The translations under genes and the position numbers were made by a program. Shown here in pieces: positions 62,501-64,000 of a DNA stretch of 64,000 nt; positions within the stretch are counted from its first letter, which is position 1; each line of letters begins with the position of its first letter. The notes under the pieces are model-generated. The model saw only the letters and a list, made by a program, of their open reading frames with translations. It did not search any database and was not told the origin of the DNA. Source of the stretch: Marsupella aquatica. Taxonomy: Eukaryota > Plantae > Marchantiophyta. The stretch spans positions 16,379,938 through 16,443,937 of the forward strand of contig OZ316897.1 in assembly GCA_973895155.1 (NCBI GenBank). The letters run 5' to 3'.

Positions 62501-64000
62501 CCTCAAAGAACACCACATGCACTCAGAGATTGAACCTACCAGTTGGCTCAGAGCCACCTATTTTGAGGACGGTAGTGAGCAGGATTATTTGAATTATTGA
62601 CTCTCTATGAACCTGTTTATTTGAATTGAGTTACGTGATTGTAGCCTAGTGTGATTCGATTGCCTAAATCACAACATTTCGAATCATATCAGACAAGAAA
62701 CTTAATGAAGGCTTTCTAGTCAGAGGTGGATTCAACTACTATTGAGATTGTTTTTACCTCTGATTGGTCTTTGTTGAATACCAGAAAGTGCCGATGAAAT
62801 TATGTTTCAAAGCCAGGGATTAAGTGACACGTACTATAAAGTAGATCGAGCATTACCCTGGATATTTTGGGACCCTCCATTTGAGAACTTTTTGAACCAC
62901 TAGCACTATATCGATCTACTGAGTCAAATTAATATATTAGATGGAGCTTACATCTGCCTTAACGTACTTGATTCGGTTCTTAACAGTTTAGGTGCCTTAC
63001 ATAGTCTTGTATCCCAAGGTGTTGGTTAGGAGTCGTGTATACCAAAGGTACTGGTTCGGAGGGATCACTCCTAGCCAGTAGCATCAAGGTATGGTGTGTC
63101 TTCTTTCTACTACATCGGCTGTTTAGAGAGACAGCATAATTCCAACAGACAGTGTTGAAGGGATACATTCTCCAAATAATTTTTCGAGAATCTCAGATCT
63201 TTCACTCCCTAAACCCTACAAGTGCTCCCTTATGACAATCTAAATTCTTCGATGAGTACACACAACCTAATACATGAAAAGCTCGCCAAAGGTGAAATTC
63301 ACAAACGGAAACGAGTCTGGAAAGCATTGACGCATTGGGACTTGGATACTCTGCACTACTGCACTACGTCTCGAAATCTCCAGTTGCTTTTGCAGTAGCC
63401 ACTTACAGCAGTTGACCACCAAGATACGTGGGTGGGCCGGGGGTACGTTGGGAATGCTCCTATCTTGGTGCTCTTAGCTAGCTTCAAAAGATGCGAGTCT
63501 TGAGCATCGAGCAATCTAATAACCTTAATTACCTCTGGACAGCTAGCACTGTGGACTAAGGTAACAGTCCTGTATTTGTTCCTGTGCTCGAATTAGACTA
63601 GCTTCTGTTGTACCTTCTCTTCCTCTCTTCCTCCCTTGCTCCCTGCCTCCTGTCCCTCGATCTCTGCCTTACTTGCTAAATTAATGGCATTGTGTCAGAA
63701 TTCTTTGGCTTAGGTGGCTTTGCTGGGTCTCTTGCCTCCCTTCTGTGGCTTGGGGGCTGCTTGGTCAGTCTGGCTTGGCTCCAACTGTCACATGGGCTGG
63801 CGCTAAGAGAGAGAAGTTGACAGTGAGAGAGACTGACGAGAGTCCCTAGATAACTTGCTAGTGCACTTGTCTCCAACTGTCACATGTGCTTGGAAAAATG
63901 GTCACATGCGCCGGTAGGAAATAAAATTTGTCCTACCTTATGTGGGACTTTTATCTAGCTTGATGTTGGTGTTCTTAAATCATACTTACAAAAAAAGGAC

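Noticed and set aside
63540-64000. Possible LTR or TE end near the window edge (ORF 63676..63876)
   Set aside because: No paired terminus, TSD or domain could be identified.

Overview
Eukaryotic, intron-containing land-plant DNA, probably from a non-seed plant such as a bryophyte (an inference from the Sola and Bianca elements and the euAP2 exon structure). About 52 kb (1-52312) is a nest of mostly decayed transposons; the remaining 12 kb holds a head-to-head pair of very divergent euAP2-type genes. Left to right: (i) an En/Spm (CACTA)-type transposase hit twice by a 4.66-kb TG...CA solo-LTR-like element that itself encodes a ~1200-aa protein; (ii) a TE-domain/SNF2-RING helicase fusion gene; (iii) a Sola2-type transposase; (iv) two different Sola1-like transposases, each paired with a spliced gene encoding a ParB-like domain fused to a prokaryote-type beta-class (N4-C/N6-A) DNA methyltransferase. 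In the second element this gene is further spliced to a Ulp1/SUMO-protease domain and sits beside an F-box gene. Each of the two elements carries its own array of palindromic motifs. (v) A Copia/Bianca 3' end, a CACTA right end, a PIF/Harbinger element and several MITEs with clear TSDs. The best candidate for an undescribed system is the Sola-like transposon + ParB-amino-MTase(-Ulp1) + element-specific palindrome module. All family assignments come from motif recognition by eye; no database searches were run.
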